The translations under genes were made by a program, and so were the position numbers. Below are positions 8,395 to 16,456 of a stretch of 37,249 bases of DNA, piece by piece (the stretch's first letter is position 1; every line of letters begins with the position of its first letter). Source of the stretch: a virus; IMG/VR virus record IMGVR_UViG_3300044984_000814, positions 1 to 37,249 of that record; one strand, given 5' to 3'. The notes below the pieces were generated by a model. That model was not told the origin of the DNA. It worked only from the letters and a program-made list of their open reading frames with translations, and ran no database searches.

Positions 8395-8591
8395 AAAACA
8401 GTATAATCAAGAATCTGGAATCATGGATGATGCGCGGATACGGAATCACCCAGCTACAAGCACTAGAAAAATGGGGATGCATGAGATTGTCAGCGAGGAT
8501 CAACGATCTAAGAAAGGCTGGACTCAATATCATCACGCACACCATTCACGCCAACGGCAAAAGCTTTGCCAGATACACCCTTGCCAAATAG
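8391..8591 (+). CDS. Small winged-helix/HTH DNA-binding protein
   Basis: GITQLQALEKWGCMRLSARINDLRKAGLNIIT...NGKSFARYTL resembles the small phage HTH family with R(L/I).aRI.dLr..G..I. Confidence 0.6.
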   Translation: MKNSIIKNLESWMMRGYGITQLQALEKWGCMRLSARINDLRKAGLNIITHTIHANGKSFARYTLAK

Positions 8592-8593
8592 CC

Positions 8594-8776
8594 ATGTCAG
8601 CAGGAAAAGGCAGCACTCAAAGACCCGTGGACGCAGCGACATACGGGAAAAACTACGACAATATATTTAGAAAAACGACATGTCAAACTACTCAAAAGAC
8701 AACGGATTCAGAATCATTACGGGACGCCCAAGACGAAAGCCTTGGGAACAACGAGTTACCGCATCATTTCGATTGA
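8594..8776 (+). CDS. Hypothetical small protein; its tail overlaps the next gene out of frame
   Basis: The N-terminus MSAGKGSTQRPVDAATYGKNYDNIF resembles a short motif I recall from small phage proteins (weak recollection). It is the C-terminal part of track ORF 8231-8776. Confidence 0.35.
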   Translation: MSAGKGSTQRPVDAATYGKNYDNIFRKTTCQTTQKTTDSESLRDAQDESLGNNELPHHFD

Positions 8777-8970
8777 CTTACGAAACGTATCAACGCATTC
8801 AACGGCTCGCAAAGAGAGAGGGAATCAACCCATCCAAAGCCCTTGAACTGCTGGTAAGAACCGAAGAGTCAGAGAAAATAGAACCAACCCAAATTGTCGA
8901 TTACGCCAAGATCAACCATCGAGGGACTGGCTACACCGTAACGCATATCCTAGATAAGCACTTCAAATGA
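8680..8970 (+). CDS. Hypothetical protein, possible ribbon-helix-helix DNA binder (96 aa)
   Basis: ATG after gaaaaacgac. RVTASFRLTYETYQRIQRLAKREGINPSKALELLV looks RHH-like. Confidence 0.5.
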   Translation: MSNYSKDNGFRIITGRPRRKPWEQRVTASFRLTYETYQRIQRLAKREGINPSKALELLVRTEESEKIEPTQIVDYAKINHRGTGYTVTHILDKHFK

Positions 8971-9839
8971 AATTATTCGATCCACCACCACCAACTCAAT
9001 GGAACGTACTGAATCTTGGGGCCGGAGTGCAGTCTTCATGCCTAGCTTTAATGGCCGCGAAAGGAGAGATAACACCAATGCCCGACTTCGCGGTCTTTGC
9101 TGATACTCAGGCAGAGCCTCAGAGCGTTTATGATTGGCTTGACTGGCTTGAAAAACAACTACCGTTTCCAGTTTTTAGAGTCACCAAGGGCAACTTGACT
9201 GAGGAACAGTTAAAACTAAGGACGATCAAGAAAGATTGCAAGCATCACAAGGCAGGAATGGACTACGTTCGCAAAATCATCCCCCTATTTGGAAGGCTGC
9301 CAAACGGAGAAATACAAGGTGCTGTTGGTCGATCATGCACTGCGGACTACAAAATAGCACCAATACTCGCGCATATTTCAAGACATTGCGGAATCACCCG
9401 TGGTCAAAAAGATATAAGCGTAACACAATGGATTGGTATCTCTTGGGATGAGTTGCAGCGCATGAAGGAGCCAACAAAGAAATGGACACACCATAGATGG
9501 CCGTTGATTGAAAATCGCATGACAAGGCAAATGTGCCTAAAATGGATGCGAGAAAACCATTATCCAGAACCTCCAAGGTCTGCTTGTGTTTATTGTCCGT
9601 TCCATAGCAATTCCGAGTGGAGGCGACTAAGAAATGATGAACCAGAAGAATTCCAAAAGGCCGTGGAATTTGATGTGGAAATACGCGCTCAATTCAAAAA
9701 AGACATTGTTCATCAAATGGACGTCTTTCTTCATAGATCGTGCAAGCCCCTTTCAGAAATTGACTTTGATTCAGACGAAGACAAGGGCCAGCAAGTTTGG
9801 GATTTCCAAGCCGAGTGCGAAGGAATGTGCGGAGTATAG
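8967..9839 (+). CDS. PAPS-reductase-family PP-loop protein (phage DndC-like type)
   Basis: N-terminal nucleotide-binding loop VLNLGAGVQSS, then FADTQAEP, GRSCTADYKI and a C-terminal CVYCPF cysteine pair. Confidence 0.65.
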   Translation: MKLFDPPPPTQWNVLNLGAGVQSSCLALMAAKGEITPMPDFAVFADTQAEPQSVYDWLDWLEKQLPFPVFRVTKGNLTEEQLKLRTIKKDCKHHKAGMDYVRKIIPLFGRLPNGEIQGAVGRSCTADYKIAPILAHISRHCGITRGQKDISVTQWIGISWDELQRMKEPTKKWTHHRWPLIENRMTRQMCLKWMRENHYPEPPRSACVYCPFHSNSEWRRLRNDEPEEFQKAVEFDVEIRAQFKKDIVHQMDVFLHRSCKPLSEIDFDSDEDKGQQVWDFQAECEGMCGV

Positions 9840-9856
9840 ATCAAACCTAACCTAAA

Positions 9857-10111
9857 ATGAAGACACCACATACCCACGCATGGGAAACCGTGCAACAATG
9901 TTTTGAGTGCGGACACATCAGGGAATATGCCGAAGACGAGCTTCTTTTTTCTGCTTGGCCATGCCCTGATGGCAAGAAGGAGGATAATATTGGATTACCA
10001 AACAACAACCGAGTCAAACCAATCGACACTGATACAGATCCAGATCCATTTGAGTCTGACGACCACGACAACGATTGCGACATTTACAACGAAACAATGA
10101 CATTCAAATGA
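9857..10111 (+). CDS. Hypothetical protein with CxxC motif and acidic tail (84 aa)
   Basis: CFECGH...CPDG. ATGA overlap with the next gene. Confidence 0.5.
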   Translation: MKTPHTHAWETVQQCFECGHIREYAEDELLFSAWPCPDGKKEDNIGLPNNNRVKPIDTDTDPDPFESDDHDNDCDIYNETMTFK

Positions 10112-10695
10112 AATCACTAAAGGGATTTCCTAAACGATACGACGATGCCCCAGAGGCCACTGGAGACGAGTGGATGGCACATTATGACAAAGCTCTTGCC
10201 ACGATCAATTCTGGAGGCATTGTGGTGATGTATGGCGGGCATGGCACAGGGAAAACTCGCATGTCATGGGAGCTAGCCAAGAACTGCCGCCCGAAGAACG
10301 TAATGACGAGCATAAACGGCATTGGATGGACTTCAGCACAGCGTGAACGTCCAGCCATTTACACGACGGCGGTTGGATTGTTCTTGGAAATTCGGGACAC
10401 GTTCTCGAAAGACTCAGAATCATCCGAGATGCAGGTAGTCAAGAAACACACCGACGCTGGATTGCTGGTTATTGACGAAATACAGGAACGTGGAGAGACT
10501 GAGTTTGAGGACAGGAAACTCACCTCAATCATTGATTCCCGCTATGCCAGCGACCGTCCGACGATACTGATTACGAACTACACGCGAGAGAAGCTTGCCG
10601 CATCATTGTCCCCAGCTATTCTGGATCGGATTCGTGAAAATGGATGCGGACTGCATTTCAGCTGGACAAGTTTCAGGAAACAGGGTAGTATTTGA
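10108..10695 (+). CDS. DnaC/IstB-like AAA+ ATPase (helicase-loader-like)
   Basis: Walker A GGHGTGKT, Walker B LLVIDEIQ, and a C-terminal RPTILITNY...LDRI. ATG 10108 makes an ATGA overlap with the upstream stop. Confidence 0.7.
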   Translation: MKSLKGFPKRYDDAPEATGDEWMAHYDKALATINSGGIVVMYGGHGTGKTRMSWELAKNCRPKNVMTSINGIGWTSAQRERPAIYTTAVGLFLEIRDTFSKDSESSEMQVVKKHTDAGLLVIDEIQERGETEFEDRKLTSIIDSRYASDRPTILITNYTREKLAASLSPAILDRIRENGCGLHFSWTSFRKQGSI

Positions 10696-11056
10696 ACGAC
10701 AACACCCCCGACGTTTCTCTACGAAGCGCACCACCGGGGGTTACTTAAATGCCATTGAGCTTAAAGCACCGGACTGATAAACCGGAGTGGGTGAGAATCC
10801 CACAATGGCTCCACTTTCAGCCACACAGGGAAGCCCCTGAACATGCTCGATAAAAACTACCTCATTATGCGACTTGGAAACAAAGCACACCAAAGATCAC
10901 GAATTGACGTGTGAATCCCTATGACGATAGGGTCTAGGGGACTTTTTCAGGCTGCTCTTGGCCCCACGCTTGGCCCGTCGTGGTGTGCTTCAGCCGAAAC
11001 GGATAAGATTCCAAATCCAATCCGAGTTAACGGGCCGCCACTCTTCCTTACGGTTC

Positions 11057-11293
11057 TTAATCTGCCTTCCGAAACAGGTTCGCCAGCTTGCCAGACATCA
11101 GTATTTTGCGCTTGGTCAACAGCTTCCGATCAACCATTCGTTTTAGTTGGCCTTGAGCTTGCGAAATCGTGAGGTTGCTGGCTTGGCAAAACTCGTCAAT
11201 TGTGAACTCGTCGGCCTGTCGCGGTTCTTTAATTGTTTGAGCGATGGCCCATTCCAATCCAGTCAGTGCTTTTTTTGTTTTTTCGTTTTTCAT
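11057..11293 (-). CDS. Small winged-helix DNA-binding protein (78 aa)
   Basis: The internal ATG at 11293 avoids overlap with the upstream gene. FTIDEFCQASNLTISQAQGQLKRMVDRKLL looks wHTH-like. This is the last gene of the minus block. Confidence 0.5.
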   Translation of the reverse strand: MKNEKTKKALTGLEWAIAQTIKEPRQADEFTIDEFCQASNLTISQAQGQLKRMVDRKLLTKRKILMSGKLANLFRKAD

Positions 11294-11363
11294 AAGATTC
11301 TTGTTAATGTGTGAAATTTCACACCAAATGGCATGATTTGTATCAAATAATGATACATTGACG

Positions 11364-12098
11364 TCACAGAATTCCCGTTGGAGATATCCAATCATTTCCT
11401 TCTTTGATGACGTGCCAAGCATGCCAAGATCCAGTCTTGTCGTTGATCATCCCGTAGATGAATCCTTGACGCCAACCCATCTTGGAAGAATAGCGGTCAG
11501 CGTAGTGCATTTGCTCGATGTCACCGAGGCACCCAGATGACATTGACATTCCTCCGTCAGCGTGAGTCGCTACGTAAGTGTCTGGCTTGTGGACATGTCC
11601 ATGGATGCAGCTTCCCCAGTCGGAATGGTGAATCTTCGCTGGACTCACCATGGAAGAGCGGAATCCGTGCATAAACTTTGGTCCGCCTTCTGGCAGCTTT
11701 AGGTATTTCCCGATGACGTATGGAATCCAAGTAATCTTGCGCTTTTTGAACTCAATCTCGGTCTGCTTGGCCAACTCAGCGCAATGCTCACGCAAGACGC
11801 CGTTGCTATTGTCTCGTCCAATTTGCCAGATCCGGTCATCGTGATTCCCAAGCGTCAACATGTTTGGCTTGTATTCATCCAAGAACTTGATGCCCGCATT
11901 GTAATCTTCCGAAATGCCTCCAGCCTTGTCTTCTGGACTAGCCCCACCGCGCAATGGGGAGAAATCCCAAAGGTCGCCACCGTGGATTCGATAGTGAGGC
12001 TTAAAGTCTTCAGCAAACTTTAGGAGCTTTCGGCGCGACTCGTCGTGAATAAGATCACCGTGAGAATCAGCGCAATACAGGAATTTTTTAAATGCCAT
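11364..12098 (-). CDS. Calcineurin-like metallophosphoesterase
   Basis: Ordered MPP motifs CADSHGD, GGDLWD, GNHDDR, MHG and HGHVH. Confidence 0.75.
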   Translation of the reverse strand: MAFKKFLYCADSHGDLIHDESRRKLLKFAEDFKPHYRIHGGDLWDFSPLRGGASPEDKAGGISEDYNAGIKFLDEYKPNMLTLGNHDDRIWQIGRDNSNGVLREHCAELAKQTEIEFKKRKITWIPYVIGKYLKLPEGGPKFMHGFRSSMVSPAKIHHSDWGSCIHGHVHKPDTYVATHADGGMSMSSGCLGDIEQMHYADRYSSKMGWRQGFIYGMINDKTGSWHAWHVIKEGNDWISPTGIL

Positions 12099-12151
12099 AT
12101 GGATTAAATTGTTCGCCAGTCGCTATGACTGTTTATACTGAGGCCGAATTG

Positions 12152-12628
12152 TCAACCACTAAATCTAATCCTTGATCGTATCTTGTCTCCGTGACGAACT
12201 TTTTTGTAAACGCCATCGCCTTCTCGGGAACCCATTCCATTGGTATTTCCTTCACAGGTGGATACGTTTCCATCTGCGTCAGGAGATCCAAGGGCAACCC
12301 CAATGTGGGAAAAAGTGAAGCAAATCACGTCCCCCCGCTTAATGTCGCCTTTGTGGGGCTTCTTGAGCATTACAGATCGGTCAACCGACTTGCACCAGTT
12401 CTCAAAGTCCCATGCACCTGCCGTCATTGGCCGTTTAAAGGTCACTGCGCGGCTTTGAATTGCCTTCTGGACAACCCAACAGACAAACGCGGCACACCAC
12501 GCCCACGGGCCAACAGGAAGCCAAGTAGCCTTCTGATACTCAGATATCTGAACTCCGCCGTTCTTCTTGGTTTCGCGGACACCGATTTGAGACTCGGCAA
12601 TACTGGCAATGGCTTCGGCTAGTGTCAT
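12152..12628 (-). CDS. CHAP-domain peptidoglycan hydrolase (endolysin)
   Basis: Catalytic-type Cys in WAWCAAFVCW, His in FSHIGVA, then EGNTN. ATG 12628 is the first ATG in the frame. Last gene of the lysis cluster. Confidence 0.75.
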   Translation of the reverse strand: MTLAEAIASIAESQIGVRETKKNGGVQISEYQKATWLPVGPWAWCAAFVCWVVQKAIQSRAVTFKRPMTAGAWDFENWCKSVDRSVMLKKPHKGDIKRGDVICFTFSHIGVALGSPDADGNVSTCEGNTNGMGSREGDGVYKKVRHGDKIRSRIRFSG

Positions 12629-12647
12629 GATCTTAAGATTGACGTAA

Positions 12648-12785
12648 TCACTTATCAGCGTGAAGGACGATTGCGGCTCGGGCGACCTGCTCGCCATTCA
12701 CGCTCCAGACTCGACTGCCATCAGGAGCAACGGTCAGAGTGCAAGAGCATGAAGCGAGGGTGATGACTGCGAGGATGGTTTTCAT
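12648..12785 (-). CDS. Small lipoprotein (45 aa), candidate outer-membrane spanin-type component
   Basis: MKTILAVITLASC is a signal peptide plus lipobox (L-A-S-C). ATGA overlap with the upstream gene at 12782-12785. Confidence 0.55.
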   Translation of the reverse strand: MKTILAVITLASCSCTLTVAPDGSRVWSVNGEQVARAAIVLHADK

Positions 12786-13165
12786 GTCAGGGCTGTTCCT
12801 TTGAAGAATCTCCATCCGGCACAGCGAACGGCGGAATAGATAAGAGTGCGGCGATGCCACGGAACTTTGCATTCTTTCATGGCTTCCAGAAAAACCTCGT
12901 CGGCTTCTGCGCGGGTGAACTCGTCGTTTTTATCCGAGTATAGGAAATCATGGACTAACGCGGCAGGGAAGTATGCGCCAAACGGAGAAAGGATAGACCA
13001 GAACACGCGGGGAATGGATGCCCCGTCAGTGACGAAGTTTTTCGGGACATAGACCAGCCCAAGACTGGAATAATACCGGAATGAACTGGTGAGTTTCAGC
13101 AGCATGGAGCCATGGGCAAATCCAGCCTCCTCGAAAACCAACTTGTCTGGAAATTTCGCGCTCAT
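12782..13165 (-). CDS. DUF1353-family protein
   Basis: FVTDGASIPRVFW...ALVHDFLY...RAEADEVFLEAM matches the DUF1353 signature as I recall it. ATG 13165 makes an ATGA overlap with the holin stop. Confidence 0.65.
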   Translation of the reverse strand: MSAKFPDKLVFEEAGFAHGSMLLKLTSSFRYYSSLGLVYVPKNFVTDGASIPRVFWSILSPFGAYFPAALVHDFLYSDKNDEFTRAEADEVFLEAMKECKVPWHRRTLIYSAVRCAGWRFFKGTALT

Positions 13166-13347
13166 TTTTGGTTGCGGATCATGGATGCAATCAAGCGATA
13201 CAGAGTAATAGCGGCAACGGCGATTCCAAGGAACCCGCCCGTGATGCGAACCCACCAGTCAAGCTCGACTTGGAACGTGGAAATGACTGCTAGGCTGGAT
13301 GATGCGACTCCCGCGATGCCGTTACCGATCGTTTGATGGATAGTCAT
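13162..13347 (-). CDS. Holin candidate (61 aa, two hydrophobic segments, basic C-terminus)
   Basis: IGNGIAGVASSSLAVISTF and ITGGFLGIAVAAITLYRLIASMI are followed by RNQK. It heads the lysis cluster. Confidence 0.5.
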   Translation of the reverse strand: MTIHQTIGNGIAGVASSSLAVISTFQVELDWWVRITGGFLGIAVAAITLYRLIASMIRNQK

Positions 13348-13351
13348 GAGG

Positions 13352-13711
13352 TTATGCCCAAAAAACACTTGGAACGTCAGGGTTGAACTCAGGGCGGGGG
13401 ACTTGGGTTTCGCTGCCAGCGTCGTCAATGAAGGACATGTCGGATGACCAGAAGATGAACTGCTCGCCGCCTGCGGGAACCGGGATGCCTACGAGGTCAC
13501 GGAAGAGAACCCAGTATTGCCCGTCGCCAACCGCTGGAGTGTCCTCATCGCCACCCACAAAGTGTTCACCGATTTGATGCAATGCGTAAGTGTGGGATGC
13601 CAGCGCGGTCTGGATGACTCCATCGTCGTCCAACTGTGCAAACCCATTGGCTAGACCGAATTGTTCAGCGACCTGCTTGGATTGAAATTTCAATAGATAG
13701 TCTACGGTCAT
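13352..13711 (-). CDS. Hypothetical protein downstream of the tail fibre (119 aa)
   Basis: ATGA-coupled to the fibre gene. No family recognised. Confidence 0.5.
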   Translation of the reverse strand: MTVDYLLKFQSKQVAEQFGLANGFAQLDDDGVIQTALASHTYALHQIGEHFVGGDEDTPAVGDGQYWVLFRDLVGIPVPAGGEQFIFWSSDMSFIDDAGSETQVPRPEFNPDVPSVFWA

Positions 13712-15051
13712 ACTGTTAAACTGGCTAATTTGGCGTTTGAAAGGCGTTTCTTGTAGTAGCGTATAGCAGAGATAGTTCCGTTTGTGTATTGTCTTGCAGA
13801 ACCAGCACTCGCGTCACCTATTGTCATTGTGGTGGGTGAAACAAGCAAAGCTCCAAGGTTGTCTGTTCCAATTTGAGCGTTGTTTACATAGAATACATAG
13901 TCATCCAACTTAAATCCAGCTGAATACTTTTGAGTTATCAATGGCTGAACTGCACCAGTTGAAGTCAACGAAACATTCAAAGAATTTCCAGATGTATTTG
14001 CAAAACCAGAAAGCCCAGTGGTCGCGTTTCTAAAATATCGCAACCTATTAGTTGTGGTCGTGTCGTTTATATCAACAAGAAGCTGCCCAGTCCCATACGT
14101 TACAGGAGCATTGAATATCTGAGAGGTCGCAAACGATCCCTCCAGCGGGTTATAAAAGCTCGTAAAGTTCGCGCCACTAATGCTGCACACATCGGCACTA
14201 CGGATTACACTTGAGGCGACTGTCGGGATGTAGGAGGTGGCGAAGGAGCCTGTTTCAAATTGGCACATTGCTGCCAATACTTTGTTGTTAGTGCTTCCTG
14301 CGTAAGATAGTTGGCGGGTTGTACCGTTTGTATTATTTAGAAACGCAATTGCTAAATTCGCTGAAGTAACTGTTGCCGTTGCAGTTATGGATAAGCTACA
14401 ACGATACCAACCGTTTCCGTAATTCTCGATGCGCGGCGATGTCCCACTTGCTAGACCAGTAGAGCTTCCAATTGTCCCACTCCCAATGTTGAAGTTTGCA
14501 TATTGACCAGTACCAAATGCAGTAGAAGCACCTGTCAATTGAATCCAATCAACGCTGCCAACTACCTTCTTAAGGAAAATTGACCCAGTGTAAGTTGTTC
14601 CATTTATTATTGATGTCCCAACGGCATTTCCAGCATTACCCCAATTTCCAAAAGCATGAGCAGAAGTTGCGGTTGTTTCTGTTGCTTGATAAGCGGTGTT
14701 GCCATCCGGCCCAGTTCCGCTGGTTGCTAATATTGTCTCAAAAGTAAACCATCCAACATTGTTTACCAACGCTCCAGATTGGAGCGCAAGGTTAGTCCTC
14801 GACTCCTCAATGAGCAACCCCTTGCAAGCCAGTGTGACTGGATCATGGTCGAACCTAGCAACATCATTACTAGCACTTTGGATCAACCCATTGCTCCCCA
14901 CGAACGTCCCACTAGATGCCCTTGTGAACACAGGAGTTGGCCCCCTGCGAGCCGTGAGCGTCTTGTCGGTGGCGAACTGGAGGTCAAGGGACAAGCCGTC
15001 TGCATTCAGACCGCCAGCACCATTAAGCATATTTCCAAGAGCGTATTTCAT
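13708..15051 (-). CDS. Tail fibre / receptor-binding protein with C-terminal LamG (concanavalin-like) type region
   Basis: The N-terminus LDLQFATDKT...FTRASSGTFVGSNGLIQSA..DVARFDHDP...LLIEESRTNL is common in phage fibre proteins. The C-terminal YTNGTISAIRYYKKRLSNAKL is LamG-like. Confidence 0.55.
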   Translation of the reverse strand: MKYALGNMLNGAGGLNADGLSLDLQFATDKTLTARRGPTPVFTRASSGTFVGSNGLIQSASNDVARFDHDPVTLACKGLLIEESRTNLALQSGALVNNVGWFTFETILATSGTGPDGNTAYQATETTATSAHAFGNWGNAGNAVGTSIINGTTYTGSIFLKKVVGSVDWIQLTGASTAFGTGQYANFNIGSGTIGSSTGLASGTSPRIENYGNGWYRCSLSITATATVTSANLAIAFLNNTNGTTRQLSYAGSTNNKVLAAMCQFETGSFATSYIPTVASSVIRSADVCSISGANFTSFYNPLEGSFATSQIFNAPVTYGTGQLLVDINDTTTTNRLRYFRNATTGLSGFANTSGNSLNVSLTSTGAVQPLITQKYSAGFKLDDYVFYVNNAQIGTDNLGALLVSPTTMTIGDASAGSARQYTNGTISAIRYYKKRLSNAKLASLTV

Positions 15052-15665
15052 TAGTAGCGCATTTGCATGTTGGCGTTAGTAAAGATGCGGTTTGAAACAA
15101 GCCCGCTTGTGTGATTCTCATCAAGACGTATCATTTCATCTTGAAGCAACATCTCAGCTTCTTGATCTGCAATCACGGCTTTCTCTTGTTGTCCTTCAGC
15201 CCGCAGATAATCGGAATACGTCCCATGAGCAATGTATTGATACCACTCAGCCGGAATAGTGGCGACTTCCCCGGTTCCGTCACCGTAAGTATCCACAAGT
15301 TGTGCCTTGTATGTCACAAACGCTTCCGTTGGGTTCAAGTCTCCGCAGACAAGCGTTGCACCGCTGGACGTCACCATGATGTCATACTCTTGAACGGATG
15401 AAGCAATATATGGAGCTTGCTTATAAACACGTAGAAACGTGTCAATTGGAGAAAGCCCAGACTCGGAATAAGGAACCACCGAACTTGCAACTACTCTGCC
15501 TTGGCCAATTACTAGGAACCGTGTCCAGTAGTTGCTTGAACGATACGCTCTTAACGCACGGCGGTTAATCAACGCCTTGATGCGAGGCGTTTCAATAGAT
15601 GCAAACACCACCCCGCAGAGAGCTTGGATAAGCGCAAACAATTCGGCGTATGTCTTAGTCTGCAT
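15051..15665 (-). CDS. Virion structural protein (possible head-tail adaptor), called by position
   Basis: 204 aa, between the capsid module and the fibre. No motif recognised. Confidence 0.35.
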   Translation of the reverse strand: MQTKTYAELFALIQALCGVVFASIETPRIKALINRRALRAYRSSNYWTRFLVIGQGRVVASSVVPYSESGLSPIDTFLRVYKQAPYIASSVQEYDIMVTSSGATLVCGDLNPTEAFVTYKAQLVDTYGDGTGEVATIPAEWYQYIAHGTYSDYLRAEGQQEKAVIADQEAEMLLQDEMIRLDENHTSGLVSNRIFTNANMQMRY

Positions 15666-15666
15666 A

Positions 15667-15945
15667 TTAAATGTTTCCAGCCTTCATGTGAGACTGTGAT
15701 TTAAAAAAGTCGCGGACAAACTCTCGGTCGTCCCAGCATTCTGCGCCATACTTGGTCGCAATATTCATGTATTCGTATTGAGGGATAGATCCAACGGCCG
15801 TGCCTAGAATGGATTTAGCGTCTCTCATTGATCTTGCTTCAGCCGCAGCTTCAATCTCCCTCTTGTTTTGAAGTGCTTCTTTGAACTTGCGTCCAGAGCA
15901 TAATTCTTTAACCAGAGCATCAGTAAGCGCGTCACTACAAATCAT
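15667..15945 (-). CDS. Hypothetical protein (92 aa)
   Basis: Co-oriented ORF in the structural block. Confidence 0.45.
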   Translation of the reverse strand: MICSDALTDALVKELCSGRKFKEALQNKREIEAAAEARSMRDAKSILGTAVGSIPQYEYMNIATKYGAECWDDREFVRDFFKSQSHMKAGNI

Positions 15946-15947
15946 TT

Positions 15948-15990
15948 GGAAAAGGAAAGGGAAGGGGCAACATTTTAAGCTACCCCTTCC
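15948..15990 (-). terminator. Hairpin plus pyrimidine/U-rich tract after the capsid/decoration genes (partial terminator or stabiliser)
   Basis: Minus-strand RNA: GGAAGGGGUA, an 11-nt loop, UGCCCCUUCC, then CUUUCCUUUUCC. It lies 10 nt after the stop at 16001-16003. Confidence 0.45.
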
Positions 15991-16000
15991 CGATTAGGAT

Positions 16001-16435
16001 TTAGACATTCGACGCCAACACGCCAAGATCAAGGATCGTAAGACCAATGAACCACTCTCCCGCCGTGACGGTTCCAGTGAAATTGGCTTCAATCAGGATT
16101 GGCACAGCGGAAGCCGTGTTGTTAACAGCATAACCAGCGGCGGTATTAATAAGGACATCGCCCGTATTAAATGCAGCCTTGGTCAAACCATCGAGGTCGA
16201 GGGCATCAATGTAGTCGTCAGGGTCAGCACCAGTGGTTCCGACATCCAAAGTGAGGTCGGTGGAGGTGCCAGCAGAAGTGACAAGTTCAAATACAGCAGC
16301 ACCAGTCACAACGCCACCGGGGGGGAGCAATGCGATGGTCTTTTGCACACCAGTGCCAAGAGAAGTGATCTCGGCAGCGGTGAGCTTGTAAATGTCGGTG
16401 AACCCGTTAAAACGCTCTTGTTGTGTAACTTTCAT
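16001..16435 (-). CDS. Capsid-associated protein (possible decoration or minor capsid protein)
   Basis: 144 aa, G/T/A-rich and beta-like. Immediately downstream of the major capsid gene. Confidence 0.4.
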   Translation of the reverse strand: MKVTQQERFNGFTDIYKLTAAEITSLGTGVQKTIALLPPGGVVTGAAVFELVTSAGTSTDLTLDVGTTGADPDDYIDALDLDGLTKAAFNTGDVLINTAAGYAVNNTASAVPILIEANFTGTVTAGEWFIGLTILDLGVLASNV

Positions 16436-16456
16436 ATATCTATTTTGTGATTAGGA

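Noticed and set aside
8231-8593. N-terminal two thirds of the 181-aa alternate-frame ORF 8231-8776, which overlaps genes 8194-8394 and 8391-8591.
   Set aside because: T/Q/K/R-rich low-complexity translation that overlaps two better-supported genes. I kept only the part after ATG 8594, and with low confidence.
10704-10741. GC-rich hairpin ACCCCCG...CGGGGGT after the DnaC-like gene, considered as a terminator.
   Set aside because: The loop is 24 nt and the 3' flank (TACTTAAAT) is only weakly U-rich. Not convincing without transcript data.
10750-10813. tRNA-like fold in the convergent intergenic region. It has an acceptor-like pairing tGCCATT/AATGGCT followed by CCA, an anticodon-type loop CTGATAA (GAT, Ile) on a 4-bp stem, and a T-arm-like GTGGG-TGAGAAT-CCCAC.
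   Set aside because: Only about 62 nt long. The D-arm is reduced to a 3-bp stem with a 3-nt loop and the variable region is a single nt. The T-loop lacks the conserved TTC (it reads TGAGAAT). The first acceptor pair is T-T and there is no discriminator base before CCA. I see no integrase that would make it an attP tRNA fragment. A tRNAscan or ARAGORN run would settle it.
11057-11293. Reading the wHTH protein as a lysogeny repressor, and so calling the phage temperate.
   Set aside because: I could find no integrase, excisionase, partition or attP evidence anywhere in the genome. A small wHTH protein alone does not support that call.
12191-12622. 143-aa plus-strand ORF antisense to the CHAP endolysin.
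   Set aside because: Codon-aligned antisense frame and an implausible peptide. The CHAP motifs clearly assign the minus strand.
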